A stretch of DNA of 64,000 nucleotides from the human T2T-CHM13v2.0 reference genome, Homo sapiens. A program made the translations under genes and the position numbers. This document shows positions 38,546 to 60,220 of this stretch, piece by piece. The stretch is from NCBI RefSeq assembly GCF_009914755.1, contig NC_060948.1; one strand, written 5' to 3'. Numbering within the stretch: position 1 is the stretch's first letter; every line of letters begins with the position of its first letter. The notes below the pieces were generated by a model. That model saw only the letters and a list, made by a program, of their open reading frames with translations, was not told where the DNA came from and made no database searches.

Positions 38546-39579
38546 ATACAGGAGGTGTAAGCCAAGATGGCCTAATAGGAAGAGCACCAGTCTGCAGCTC
38601 CCAGCATGATGGACACAGAAAAAGGGTGCTTTCTGCATTTCCAACTGAGGTAAGTGGTTCATCTCATTGGGACCAGTTGGACAGTGGGTGCAGCCCATGG
38701 AGGGTGAGCCAAAGCAGGGTGGGGCATCGCCTCCCTCAGGAAGTTCAAGGGGTCAGGGGATTTCCCTTTCCTAGCCAATGGAAGCTGTGAGAGACTACCT
38801 GGAAAAAGGGAACACTCCCACCTATATACTGTGCTTTTCCCAAGGTCTTAGCAACAGGCAGACACACTGATTCTCTCCTGTGCCTGGCTCAGTGACTCTC
38901 ATGCCCACGGAGCCTTGCTCACTGCTAGCACAGCAGTCTGGGTTTGATCTGCGAGACAGCAGTCTAGCTGGGGGAGAGGCATCTGCCATTGCTGAGGCTA
39001 GAGAAGGTAAACAAAGTGACCAGGAAGCTGGAACTGGGTGGAACCCACCACAGCTCAACAAGGCCTACTGTCTCTAGACTCCACATCTGTGGGCATGGCA
39101 TAGCTGAAGAAAAGGCAGCAGACAACTTCTGCAGACTTAAATGCACCTGTCTGATAGCTCTGAAGAGAGCAGTGGTTCTCCCAGCGTGGTGTTTGAGCTC
39201 TGAGAATGGACAGACTGCCTCCTCTGGTGGGTCCCTGTGTAGCCTATATAGGAGACAACTCACAGCAGGGGCAACAGACACCTCATACAGGCTGATGACC
39301 CTCTGGGATGAAGTTTTCAGAGGAAAGATCTGGCAGAAATATTTGCTGTTCTGCAATATTTGCTGTTCTGCAGCCTCTGCTGGTGATATCCAGGCAAACA
39401 GGGTCTGGAGTGGACCTCCAGCAGAATCCAACAGACCTGCAGCTGGGGGACCTGACTGTTAGAAGGAAAACTAACAAACAGAAAGCAATAGCATCTACAT
39501 CAACAGAAAGCTTACCTATACCAAAATCCCATTTGTAGGTCACCAACACCAAGTACCAAATGTAGATAAAGTCACAGAG

Positions 39580-40596
39580 ATGGGGAGAAATCAGAGCAGA
39601 AAAGCTGAAAAATCTAAAAATCAGAGTGCATATTCTCCTCCAAAGGCTCATGGCTCCTCATCAGCAACACGACAAAACTAGATGGAGAATGACTTTCATA
39701 AGTTGTTGGAAGTAGGCTTCAGGTCATTAATGACAAAATTCTCCAAGCTAAAGGAGGGAGAATGTTTGAACCCATCTCAAGGGAACTAAAAACCTTGAAA
39801 AAATATTAGATGAATGGCTACTATAATAAACAGTGTAGAGAAGACCTTAAATGACCTGAGGGAGCTGAAAACCATGAATTTCATGATGCTTGCACAAGCT
39901 TCAGTGGCCAATTCAATCAAGAGGAAGAAAGTGTATCAGTGATTGAAGATCAAATTAATGAAAGAAAGTGAGAAAACAAGGTTAGAAAAAAAAGAGTAAA
40001 AAGAAATGAACAAGGCCTCCAAGAAATATGGGACTATATGAAAAGACCAAATCTAAATTTGGTTGGTGTACCTGAAGGTGATGGGGAGAATGGAACTTAG
40101 TTGGAAAACACTCTTCAGGATATTACCCAGGAGAACTCCCCCAACTTAGCAAGGCAGGCCAGCATTCAAATTCAGAAAATACGGGAAACACCACAAAGAT
40201 AATCCTCAAGAAGAGCAACCCTAAGACCCTTAATTGTCAGATTCGCCAAGGTTGAAATGAAGGAAAAAGTTTTAAGGGCAGCCAGAGAGAAAGGTCAATG
40301 TTACCACAAAGAGAAACTGATCAGAATAACAGAGGATCTCTCAGCAGAAACCCCACAAGCCAGAAGATAGTGGGGGCCAATTCAACATTCTTAAAGAAAA
40401 GAAATTTTAACATAGAATTTTATACCCAGCCAAACTAAGCTTCAAAAGTGATGGAGAAATAAAATCCTTTACAGACAAGAAAATGCTGAGAGATTCTGTC
40501 ACCACCAGGCCTGCCTTACTAAAGCTCCTAAAGGAAGCATTAAACATGGAAAGAAACAACCAGTACCAGACACTGCAAAAACAGGCCAAATTGTAA
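39580..40596 (+). pseudogene. L1 ORF1p, disrupted
   Basis: atggggagaaatcag start, KRPNL..GVPE and ttgtaa end. Confidence 0.88.
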
Positions 40597-40659
40597 AGAT
40601 CATTGATGCTAGGAAGAAACTGCATCAATTAATGGGCAAAATAACCAGCAGACATCATA

Positions 40660-44434
<3,775 letters not shown>

Positions 44435-45071
44435 ACCATGAGAACATATGGACACATAGCAGGAAGCATAACACACTGGGGCCTGTCAGGGGGTGGGGGC
44501 CTGGGAAAGGGATAACATTATGAGAAATACCTAATATAAATGATGTGTTGATGGGTGCAGCAAACCAACATGGCACATGTATACCTATGTAACAAACCTG
44601 CATGTTGCACACATGTGCCCTAGAACTTAGGGTATAATAAAAAATAAATAAATAAATAAATTCAGGATTGAATGAAAAGGTCCCAGATGGCTATTCAAAA
44701 ATTGATGTGCTCCATGGTTATAAAAATAATGTAGAGATATGTCAGGATGGTATGTATACCTCACTCGGTTTTTTCCAAAAGTCTTCACCAAAATAAAAAT
44801 ATGGAAGTACACATAAGTGAAAGAAGGGTGTTGGTATGGATGATAGATTATTCAAAATCAGAAATTTGTACTGTAATCTGATCAAAAGAAAGATGAAATC
44901 AGTTAATCTAAACCTGTGGTGTTCACACTGTTTTTTATTATGTTCAATAGCTAAACATTTTGAGTTATACTCACTATGCATTCAATTATAATTGCCAATT
45001 CATACGTTACCAATTAATAAATTTCATGTTCTCCCATTTAATAAATGAAATCAATAAAAGTACAAGTTCTA

Positions 45072-45385
45072 TGTAATCCCAGTACTTTGGGAGACTGAGT
45101 GGGTTGATCATTTTACATTAGTACCTCCAGACCAGCCTGGCCAACATGGTGAAACCCTGTCTCTACTAAAAGTACAAAAATTAGCCAGGCATGATGGCAT
45201 GCACCTGTAATCCCTACTACTCAGAAGGCTGAGGCAGGAGAATCTCCTGAAGCCGGAAGGCAGCGGTTGCAGTGAGCCCAGATCTCACCACTACCCTCTA
45301 GGCTTTGCCACGAAGCCAGACTCCATCTCAGAAAAAAACAAAAAACAAAAACAAAAAAACCAAAATAACAACAACAAAAAACCCA
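45072..45385 (+). mobile_element. Alu, 5'-truncated
   Basis: TSD acaagttcta and (caaa)n tail. Confidence 0.9.
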
Positions 45386-46010
45386 ACAAGTTCTAATATT
45401 TTTCTGTAGCCAAACACCCCTTTCTTTATAAACCTCTCATCCAGAAGAGTCTATGAAGAAAAAGAGGAGATATCAGCTCAAATGCAACATTAAGGCTGCA
45501 TTTACACAGCCAAGAGACAGATCATTCCAACCTCCAAAACACCCCAAGCATCATGGGCCTCTGGAAATGGAGGAACCAAGCATCAGGACATTTTGCTCCC
45601 TCAGGCCAAGGTGTCAAGTCCTAACTTGATTAAAATTTGTGTAGTCTCAAAAGTTTTATTTATCTCCCTGAATACAAACTATGCTCTCCTCACCCTACTT
45701 TTGAGCCTGCACCTATAGATATTCCATCATGTATATTTCAACAGTTTTCTTGGCACCACTTAGTGCTCGTACCGAAAATGAAATAGAAAGAGCTGGAGCC
45801 ATTCACCCATCCTTCTCTGAACAGATGCCTGATTTCTCCAACAATGGGACTCAGAATCTACTCTGGTGCATCTCCTTGTGTATCAGAGAACCATTAGTTG
45901 AGTTGCTTGATAAAATCAGGATTACTGTGGTCCGTCCCCAGCCTCATTAATCTCTGGGCTGTGGTGTGCCCCACAACCCCAACAGTATCCCGAGGTGATC
46001 ACTTCTCCGT

Positions 46011-46191
46011 TTCTTTTCTTTTCTTTTCCTTTCCTTTCTTTTATTTTCTTTTTATTACTTTTCTTATTTTTAGTAGAGATGGGATTTTACCTTGTTGGCC
46101 AGGATGGTCTTGAACCCTTAATCCTAAATGATTTGCCAATCACAAGTTCCCAAAGTGTTGGCATTACAGGTGTGAGCCACTGGGTCCTGCC
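46011..46191 (-). mobile_element. Alu left monomer with CT-rich tail
   Basis: tagtagagatggg...caggtgtgagccac. Confidence 0.85.
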
Positions 46192-46199
46192 TATGTCAA

Positions 46200-46410
46200 T
46201 GTTTGTAGTTGAAAATAATTGCAAATATCTGTGGTGAAAAACATGATGTTTTAAAAGACATATCTATAGTAGAATGGCTAAATCAAGCTACTTAGCATAT
46301 GCATAATCTCACATTCTGATCTTTTTTTGTTAAAATCTACTCAGTTAGCAATTTCCATACATATAAACATCATTAATAACTATATTCACCATGTGGTGCA
46401 ATAGTTAATT
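46200..46410 (-). mobile_element. L1MA 3' end
   Basis: acatgatgtttt...gaatggctaaatcaagcta...aaaatctactc. Confidence 0.75.
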
Positions 46411-46719
46411 CACCTGTCATATTCACATGTAATAGAACATGATACTATAAAAATAATAAACATTAGAATTTGGAGAGGACAGCAGAAAATGTTGTATTTT
46501 AGATAAATTGAATAGATCACTGCATTTGATGTCAGAGGTTAATAACTTGGGTCAGACAGATAATCTTCTGTGTCTGCCCTCCACAAATTGGGTGAACAGA
46601 GAGTCAGGAAACAACCTCCCCAAGGAACAGATTCTCCATCTGAAAAGTGGAGAAAAGAATAATAGAAACTTGGATACTCTTAGTCCAGAGAATCTGGGAG
46701 ATCAACAGAAGTTTACCCT

Positions 46720-47050
<331 letters not shown>

Positions 47051-47133
47051 TTATCATGGTGACAAGTTGAGTTTAGGGAGTTGAGAGAGGTACTTCTATA
47101 AATGGAAACTAAAATATAAAAATTATTGTGTTA

Positions 47134-47421
47134 GGCCGGGCGCGGTGGCTCATGCCTGTAGTCCCAGTACTTTGGGAGGCCGAGACAGGTAGATTACGAG
47201 GTCAGCAGGTTGAGACCATCCTGGCTAACACGGTGAAACCCCGTCTCTACTAAAAATACAAACAAAAAAAAAGTTAGCCAGGTGTGATGGAGGGCGCCTG
47301 TATTCCCAGCTTCTCAGGAGGCTGAGGCAGGAGAATGGCATGAACCCAGGAGGTGGAGTTTGCAGTGAGCCGAGATTGTGCCACTGCACTCCAGCCTGGG
47401 TGACAGAGCAAGATTCTGTCT

Positions 47422-47455
<34 letters not shown>
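47134..47455 (+). mobile_element. AluY, likely the youngest insert in the window
   Basis: CpGs retained, long pure A tail, TSD aaaaattattgtgtta/aaaaattcttgtgtta. Confidence 0.93.
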
Positions 47456-47457
<2 letters not shown>

Positions 47458-47658
47458 CTTGTGTTATCAGTCTTATCACATTTTATTTTTATATTATTTC
47501 ATTCTGATAAAATAGGATAGTGGGATATGGGGGATTTATTTTTTCTTTTTTTTCCCCTTTTATTTCATTTGCTTCTTAAAGAGGTTTCATTTTTTGTTGC
47601 TGCTTTTAAAAGGACTTTCCAGATCAGGAATCAATATAGCCCATTTATTAAAAAGTTT

Positions 47659-48535
47659 GTAGGCATGGTGATGTGCACCTGTAGTTCCAGCTACTCAGGA
47701 TGCGGGAAAGAGGGTTTATGGAGTGACAGTTGAGTTGGTCTCCCCTGTGTGAGACATCCGTGGGGAGCCACGGGCAGCCTCTGAGGAGAAAAGTCTCCCT
47801 ATTAAGCCTTCATGTTTTATGCTCCGAGAGCATAAGTGCTCAGCAGCATTCCCAGGTTGCTCAGGGAGATAACACTCCCTTGAAGCATTGCAGCATAATC
47901 AAACACCTTGGCTCCTCCTGAAACTCATTCCCACACATTTCAGTCCCAATACGTTAAAGATCTTAAATAGTTTAGACACATGCCGTTGTTCAAGGAAATT
48001 CATAGAAACCGCCACTGCTATACATCTTATCGAATGACTCACGAGTTCTCCTTCACTGATTAATCCTTTTTCTCATCCCTTCCTCCCCCTCCCATCTGCC
48101 TTAAGAACAAAGAGCTTATAAACCAATACATTGGGCAGAGCCCGAGAGCTCAGGGCCGTGTTGAAGCCTCCGATGCTCTCATCCCCTGGACCTGCCTTTT
48201 AAATGCTTATTCTGTCTCTTTCTAACTCCTTTGTCTCTGCTGGACACAGGGTAGGCGCTGTGTGGTGTGGGTCTGGTTTCCCCAACACAGGAGGCTGAGG
48301 TGGCAGGATCACTTGAGCCAAGGAGGTAAAGACCAGCCTGAGCAACATAAGAAACCCCAACTCTCAAAATATTTAAAAATCAGCCAGGAATGATGATGTC
48401 CCTGTGTTCCTTGCTACTTGGGAAGCTGAGGTGAGAGGATTGCTTGAGCTTAGGATTTATAGCCTGCAGTCAACCATGACCTGTCAACCAACTCCAGTCT
48501 TGTTGACAGAGTGAGAACACATCTGTAAAAAAAAA
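47659..48535 (+). mobile_element. AluJ-like element split by LTR14B
   Basis: ctactcagga|...|caggaggctgagg resumes exactly after the LTR. Confidence 0.85.
47701..48287 (+). mobile_element. LTR14B-like (HERV-K14/HML-1) solo LTR
   Basis: tgcgggaaagag..ttgagttggtctcccctgtgtgagaca...ccccaaca. Exact 5-bp TSD cagga. Confidence 0.85.
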
Positions 48536-48710
48536 TTTAATGTTTTATAAAGCTCCTATATGATCTTGTAGTTTCCGGCAGGTCTGCACAAGTCATGAGT
48601 CATTCTCCAGTCAAGCGAGGCTTGCCTTGAGTCAAGGGTTCAGTCCTGATCCTTCCAGCTCCAGATTTCCGTGAGTGTCAGAGGTTGGGGACAGGATCAT
48701 ACAATGGGCA

Positions 48711-49105
48711 TGTGAAAGGGAAATAAATCTTAGGGCCCTCAAATCACTAAACTAAAGGGAAAAGTTATGCTGGGAAGTGCTTAGGGAAAACTTTCCTCCC
48801 ATTATATTCAATAACTGCTCTGATCACTGAGATAAATGCATATCCGACTGTGTGCTTTGAAAAAGCTAATCATCTCAAAAGAATTTACCTGGCTGTTTCG
48901 CAATTACCTTTTACCTGGAAGCCCGTCCCGGCTTCAAGTTGTCCCGCCTTTCCAGAAGGCACCAATGTATATCTCCCTAAAATGTAGAAAACCAAGCTAT
49001 GCCCTGATCATGTTGGGCCCACCATCAGGACCTCCTGAGGCTGTGACATGGGGTGCATCCTCAATCATGGCACCTGGTGACCTGTGCCAGATATTTGGGC
49101 TTCAC
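48711..49105 (+). mobile_element. MER4 solo LTR
   Basis: tgtgaaagggaaataaatcttagggccctcaaatcactaa and tcaggacctcctgaggctgtg. Confidence 0.88.
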
Positions 49106-49589
49106 TGGTAATAGAATAGGGAAGGTTGGCATTTTCCTTGTTGAAAGTAAGATGTATCTTCTAGTATCACATGCAGCTCCCAGCTGATTCTCCTTGGGAT
49201 AACTGCCTTGGAGGTAACTGATTCAAGGATAATTAAATAATGTATGTTAGTCAAACATACTTCTGCTTTATCCAAATTCCCACCACTGTTGCCTCTACAA
49301 AAACTCTGTCAATTCCAATATGTATCATTACAGGTTTAGTTATTTTTTGAAACTCTTCCCCTGTTAGCTGTTTGCTAATACAAATACCTACCAGGTGAGT
49401 TTCCTTGGTTTTTGTCCTTTACACACTAGAACCAGATTGCACATTAAGAACAAGTCAGAATTATCTTCTAATTCATAGATGGTTGATGGTTACCAAAAAC
49501 AATTGTGTTCTATAGGTTCACCCATAGAGACAGCAGGTAGATGAGTCATTTTGAGGGACTGGCTGAGGGAGTGATGTGAGACTAATTAG

Positions 49590-49740
49590 TGGTATGTGGG
49601 CTCCTTTTATGGTGACAAAATGTTTTCAAACTAGATAGACATCATCATTGCCCAACATTTTCAATGTACAACATATCACTAAATTATACACTTTAAAATC
49701 ACTTTATGTTACATTAATATAAAGTTTTTAAAAAGAAATT
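49590..49740 (+). mobile_element. Old L1M 3' fragment
   Basis: ggtgacaaaatgttttcaaactagatag...aaattatacactttaaa. Confidence 0.6.
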
Positions 49741-51039
49741 ACATTCTAAATCGTAAAAATTTTATTCAAGGCAGGCCATATTGAGCATAAAACCATCAAC
49801 ATTTTGCCTCACCATTTTTACCCTGACTGTCTCCTTGAGTCATTCATAAGTTCAATATTCTGTAATTAATTGGTAGACACAATAACAGACTGCAAAACAG
49901 CAGGACTTGGGGAGGAGCCAGGATTTCCACCTGCACCACTGGCCAAAAAATCTGACTGAGGACTGACTCAGTCAGAAATCAGGGTCCCATCACAACAAAG
50001 TCACTGGAATAGTCAGAGGTCTTTGAGTCAGAGCAACTTCATCTTGAAGAGTAACAGGGTAAAATGAGGCTGAGATCTACTGGGTTGTATTCTCTGGAGG
50101 CTAGGCATTCTAAGACACAAAATGAGATAGGAGGTCCCCACAAGATATGGGTCATAAAGTCCATTCTGATAAAACAGTTTGCAGTAAAAAAGCCGGCCAA
50201 AACCCACGTATTGGAACAACTAAGTTCCTCTTCAAAGACTCAACTTTCTGGTAATAAATTGTAAACTAATCCTACCCTGTATTCTTTCAAAAATCATGTG
50301 TTTACCCTGTCTGGAAAAATTTAAGTCTTAGCTAATTGGGATCAGCTTAGATTGTGTGGCCTAAACCCAGTCAATAGGGGAAGGACACAGAAACATGAAC
50401 TGTGTTAGGAATATAAACCCTTTCTGTCCTTTGTTTGGTGTGCTTTTGTGATTGCATCATGTGTAAGCAGCACCCTTCTGGAGAAGTAAATTTGCCTTAC
50501 TTAGAAATTTTCTGTCTAAGTATGGGTTTCTTTTGGCTATGCTGAGCCTTTGTTTCCAACAAATTTAGGGAATCATCTGGGATATTATTCTCCTTCAAAA
50601 GTCACTATCAATTATCGTTCATGTGGAGATGCATTTTACTACTTCATTATGGTGGCCCGGGAGCAGAGGATTGAGTCTGGCCCAAAGTGATGAATAAATC
50701 TGGACTCTCAGCAATGTGGACATTAGGGAGAATACTTAATTAAGAATTCCACAGTTACTAGGTAACTCTGTGCACAGACCAAAGTAATAAATGTCACTAT
50801 TGGGGTGACAATCTATTCCTTGGTGGTTGGGTCTCTGGAGGTTGAAAGTATGTGAGTGAGATGCAACATTGGGTGTGAAGTGAGTGTGGTGTTTGGACTT
50901 GGTTCTGTTGTCATCTCATACAGCTTAGGGCAGTTTCCCAATTGGGAGATTATACCAACCTGCCATTGCTAACTTCAGCCTAAAATTCCTTTGTGGGAAT
51001 GAGGGAAGTGGACAATAAGGATGAAGTGAGTGCTCACAA

Positions 51040-51212
51040 GAGTGCAAAAAACCTCCAGGAGGAAAAGTGGAGGTTGAGCCACTAGGACATGTGAGTGGAA
51101 GAAATCACTAATATGAGAGATTGAACCTCACAGAAGAGCAAGAAATCTGTAACACGAGAGATTGAGTCTCATGGGAGTGCAAGAATTCTATAATATGAGA
51201 GATTGAGTCTCC
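51040..51212 (+). repeat. About 41-bp tandem repeats in the HERV-IP leader
   Basis: About four units of gagtgcaagaaatc..aa.a.gagagattgag.ctc. A related array lies at 8430-8560. Confidence 0.7.
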
Positions 51213-51224
51213 CCAACCTCCAGA

Positions 51225-52522
51225 ATTGGAAAAACTCCAAGTAAGACAGGAATTCTAAGATACAAAGCAAATAATCAAATTCCCCCTGACAGTCCCCTAG
51301 GCCTTATGTTAAAATACTAGAAGGATAATGAAAGGACCAAACACAAGAAAAGACAGCAAATTAAAGTACTGCTGTTTTATTTGGACTAAGGAACCCATCC
51401 CACCTACCTGTCTGCCCCAGGCTGAACACTCCCTCCCTGATGTAACACTGCCCCATGAACCTTGACACCCCCACTGGCCAACAGGAAATAGAACTATACC
51501 AAAAGGATACTCAAAATTTTTCTTTCCCCTCTTCCTCAAAGAAGAATACCACAACCTTTTTTCATTAAGTGAAGTACCACTAGGAGGAGGTGATAATGGC
51601 TTTGTAAATGCCTCCTTAACTAGTTCAGAGTTTAGTTTAGTTTAGAAATCTAAAAAAAAAAAGGAGGGGACTCAAATATCTGTTAGATGACCCTTTTGGA
51701 ATTGCAGATCAAATTGACCAATTTCTGTGGTCAAGACTGTACATGTGGGCTGACTTAATGTCTATTCTAGGTATTCTCTTATCAGGAGAGGAAAAAAAAA
51801 CATTACCCACATTGCCACTATGCTAATCTGGGAGTGCTAGTGTCCCCTGGTCAAAATATCCTTACAGTGGGGCATAAACTCCCAGCCCAGCATCCTCAAT
51901 GGAATAATAACAATGCAGACCAGTGAGAAAACATAAGAGATCTCAGAAATATGATAATTAAAGGGATTTGGGAGTCAGTTCCTCAAACCCAAATTATTTC
52001 TCAAGCACTTAATGTATAGCAAGGAAAACATGAAGGGCCCATGGATGACTTAAACAGACTTAAGAAACAGATAAAAATGATATGCAAGTTTGGACATAGA
52101 AAATCCACTGGGTCAAGGGATGTAGAAACTCCTCTTTGTCCCCAATAGCTGTCTGGATATTACAAAGAAATTACTAAAAATAGAAAATTAAAAAGACCAT
52201 TCCATAGAGAAACTTTTAAAAGAGGCCCAAAAGCTATATATATGGAGGGATGAGGTAAGTCAAAAGCAAAAGGCAAAAATTATGCTGTCCACCCTACAAC
52301 ATTCAACAGAGAACACTTCAACAGGGAGCACAGGAAAATAGAACTTGTAAACCTTCTAAGTAACCAACTGCCAGACCCTATACAGGAAGCCAAGGTATGA
52401 AACCCAAGAGTCAGGAAACAGGAAGGGGAAAATAAAAAAACAGACAATTCAGGTTTGGAAAAACCAGGACACTTTAAAAGCAAATGTTCCAAATGAAAAA
52501 GAAGAAATAAGGCCCTTTCATA
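51225..52522 (+). pseudogene. gag: HERV-IP10 #2 gag, disrupted
   Basis: Collinear with 8589-9880. Decayed knuckle GKPGHFKSKC near 52457. Confidence 0.8.
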
Positions 52523-54029
52523 AAAGGGCCAGGACATATATATCCATCCCTCAATCCATGTGAGTGCCCCTCATCAACTCAGAACCATTGTTAACCAGAA
52601 GGCAGGGAGATGGCTCATTGACTTAAGAATCTTACAATATGAAGCTATCTTATTAAAGAGAGATGACCTAACACAAACCACTAACAATTCCCTAAACCTC
52701 ACTGCTTTCCTAATAGGAAATCCAAACCTGGAGGAATGTGAGCATAAATGCTTAGATCTAATCAGGTATCAAACTAGAGTCAGATGGGATGTGAGTGAAA
52801 CCTCCTTCCAAACAGGGTGTCACCTCTTTATAGATGGTTCCTCCTGGGTCACTGAAGGAAAAAGGCTAAAAGGGTACTCTGTAGTTGAGGAAGAAACCCT
52901 CACAGATGTAGAATCAGGAAGACTGTCAAATAACTGGTCTGCCAAAACATGTGAACTCTTTGCGTTAAACCCAGCCTGAAAATTCCTGTAGCAGGCAGTT
53001 CCAAGATGGCTGAATAGGAAGCGCTCCAGTGTACAGCTCCCAGCATAAGTAAAGAAGAAGATGGGTGATTTCTGCATTTCCAACTGAGGTACTGGGTTCA
53101 TCCCACTGGGGCTTGTTGGACAGTTGGTGCAGGACAGTGGGTGCAGCCCGGCAAGCATGAGTCAAAGCAGGAAAAGGTATCACCTCACCCAGGAAATGCA
53201 AAGGGTCAGGGAATACCCTTTCCTAGCCAAGGGAAGCTGTGACAGACAGCACCTGCAAAATTGGGTAACTCCCAACCCAATACTGGACTTAGCAATGGTC
53301 TTAGCAATGGTCTTAGCAACTGGCACACCAGGAGATTATATCCTGTGCCTGGCTCTGAGGGTCCCATGCCCACAGAACCTCACTCATTGCTAGCACAGCA
53401 GTCTGAGACCAAAGTGCAAGGTGGCACTGAGGCTGAGGGAGGGGTACCTGCCATTGTTGAGTCTTGAGTAGGTAAACAAAGTGGCCATGAAGCTCTAACT
53501 GGGTGGAGTCTACTGCAGCTCAAGGAGGCCTGCCTGTCTCTGTATACTCCACATCTGGGGGCAGGGTATAGTCAAACAAAAGGCAGAAGAAACCTCTGCA
53601 GACTTAAAGGTGCCTGTCTGACAGATTTGAAGAGAGTAGTGGTTCTCCCAGCATGGAGTTTGAGATCTTAGAGCGATCAGACTGCCTCCTCAAGTTGGTC
53701 CCTGACCCCTGAGTAGCCTGACTGGGAGGCACCCCCTAGTAGGGGCAGACTGACAACTCACACAGCCAGGTACCACTGTGAGATGAAGTTTCCAGAGGAA
53801 GGATCAGGAAGCAACATTTGCTGTTCAGCAATATTCACTGTTCTACAGCCTCTGCTGCTGATACCCAGGCAAACAGGGACTGGAGTGGACTTCCAGCAAA
53901 CTCCGACAGACATGCAGCTGAGGGTCCTGACTGTTAGAAGGAAAACTAACAAACAGAAAGAACATCCACATCAAAACTCCATCTGCATGTCACCATCATC
54001 AAAGACAAAGGGAAGATAAAACCACAAAG

Positions 54030-55046
54030 ATGGGGAAAAAACAGAGCAGAAAGCTGAAAATTCTAAAACTCAGAGTGCCTCTCCTCCTCACCAGCAGCTC
54101 CTCACCAGCAATGGAACAAAGCTGGATGGAGAATGACTTTGATGAGTTGAGAGAGGAAGGCTTCAGACAATCAAACTTCTCCAAGCTAAAGGAGGAATTT
54201 TGAACCAATAGCAAAGAAGCTAAAAACCTTTACTAAACTAAAAAGTTTAGATGAATGGCTAACTAGAATAATCAGCATAGAGAAGCCCTTAAATGACCTG
54301 ATAGAGTTGAAAACCATGGTTCAAGAACTATGTGATGAATGCACAATTTTCAGTAGCTGATTTGATCAACTGGAAGAAAGGGTGTCAGTGATTGAAGATC
54401 AAATTAATGAAATGAAGTGAGAAGAAAACTTTAGATAAAAAAGAGTTAAAAGAAATGCACAAAGCCTCCAAGAAATATAGGACTATGTGAAAAGACCAAA
54501 TCTACGTCTGATTGGTGTACCTGAAAGTGATAGGGATAATGGAAACAAGTTGGAAAACACTCTGCAGGATATTATCCAGGAGAACTTCCCCAACCTAGCG
54601 AGGCAGGACAATATTCAAATTCAGGAATTCCAGATAATGCTACAAAGATACTCCTCAAGAAGAGCAACTCCAAGACACAGAATTATCAGATTCAATAAAG
54701 TTGAAATGAAGGAAAAAATGTTAAGGCAGCCAGAGAGAAAGGTCGGGTTACCCACAAAAGGAAGTCCATCAGACTAACAGCAGATCTTTCTGCAAACTCT
54801 CTACAAGCCAGAAGAGAGTGGGGGCCTATATTCAACACCCTTAAAGAAAAGAGTTTTCAACCCAGAATTTCATATCCAGCCAAACTAAGCCTCATAAGTG
54901 AAGGAGAAATAAAATCCTTTACAAATAAGCAAATGCTGAGAGATTTTGTCACCACTAGGCCTGCCCTAAAAGAACTCCTGAAGGTAGCAATAAACATGGA
55001 AAGGAACAACCGGTATCAGCCCCAGATAAAACATGCCAAATTGTAA
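54030..55046 (+). pseudogene. L1 ORF1p, disrupted
   Basis: atggggaaaaaacag start and KRPNLRLIGVPESD in ORF 54487. Confidence 0.9.
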
Positions 55047-55109
55047 AGACCATTCATGCTAGAAAGAAAGTGCATCAACTAATGAGTAAAATAACCAGCT
55101 AACATCATA

Positions 55110-58943
<3,834 letters not shown>

Positions 58944-60220
58944 ACAATGAGAACATTTGGACACTGGAAGGGGTACATCACACACAGGGGCCTGTCGTGG
59001 GGTGGGGAGAGGAGGGAGAGATAGCATTAAGAGATATACTTCATGTAAATGACCAGTTAATGGGTGCAGCACACCAACATGACACATGTATACATATGTA
59101 ACAAACCTGCACATTGTGCACATGTGCCCTAGAACTTAAAGTATAATAATAAAAAACGTTCCTGTAGAATCGGAAGGAACTATTTATAAGGAGAGTCAGG
59201 AAGACTGCCAAATATCTGGTTGCCCAAACATTTGAACTCTGCATTAAACCAAGACTTAAAATTCCTGCAGAATCAGGAAGGAACTATTTACACTGACTCC
59301 AAATATGCCTTCTGAGTAGTCCATACCTTTGGGAAAATATAGACTGAATGAGGCCTTGTAAGTAGTAAGGGTCAAGATATGGTCCACAAGGAATTAATTA
59401 TGCAAATGCTAGAAAATCTTCAGCTGCTGGAAGAAATTGCAGTTGTCCATGTCCCAGGACACCAAAACAACCCTTCTCTGAAAGCCAGGGAAATAACCTC
59501 CTAGATCAAATAGCTAAGCAAGATGTCTATTCCCATGAGGCCCCTATTTTTTATCTAATCCCTTGTCCTCCCCCTCCAGTTGTGATCCCCATCTTCTCCC
59601 ACAAAGACCAAGAGAAACTACAGAAAATAGGAGCTAAGGAAAGTCCAGAGGGAAAGTGTGTACTACCAGATGAAAGGGAAATGCTGTCTAAACCCCTTAT
59701 AAGGGAAATATTGTCACAGCCTCATCAAGTAACTGAGGTCATAAGGCTATGTGTGATTTTGTCCTCAGAGTCTATGGGTGTGTAGGGATATACAACCTCC
59801 ACAGGAAAGTGGCAGCTGGTTCCACAATGTGCAGAAAAAGTAATAGGCAAATCCAAAAGAAGCAAACTCCCAGGGTAAGAAACCCAGAATTGAAGCCATT
59901 CCAAAGTGTCCAAGTTGACTAAACTGAAATGCCCTCAATAGGCCACCTCAAGTATTTTCTAGTAATAGTAGACCATCTCTCCCCCTGGGTAGAAGACATG
60001 CCTTTCCCAGGCACAGTGGCCAGTGATGTAGTCAAAGCCCTGTGGAAGCATATCATACCCGGGTTTGGACTAATAGAGAACACTGATTCAGTCAATGGAA
60101 CCCACCCCACTGCACACATCATTAAGGGGCTGACCTAGGCATTAGAAATACTTCCTAGCATTAATCCTCATCAGGGAAAGTAGAAAGAATCAATCAAACT
60201 CTAAATAATCACCTAACCAA

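Noticed and set aside
38540-38553. TSD for the L1 at 38551-44660 (aaagatacagga vs ataaattcagga)
   Set aside because: Too degenerate and A-rich to assert.
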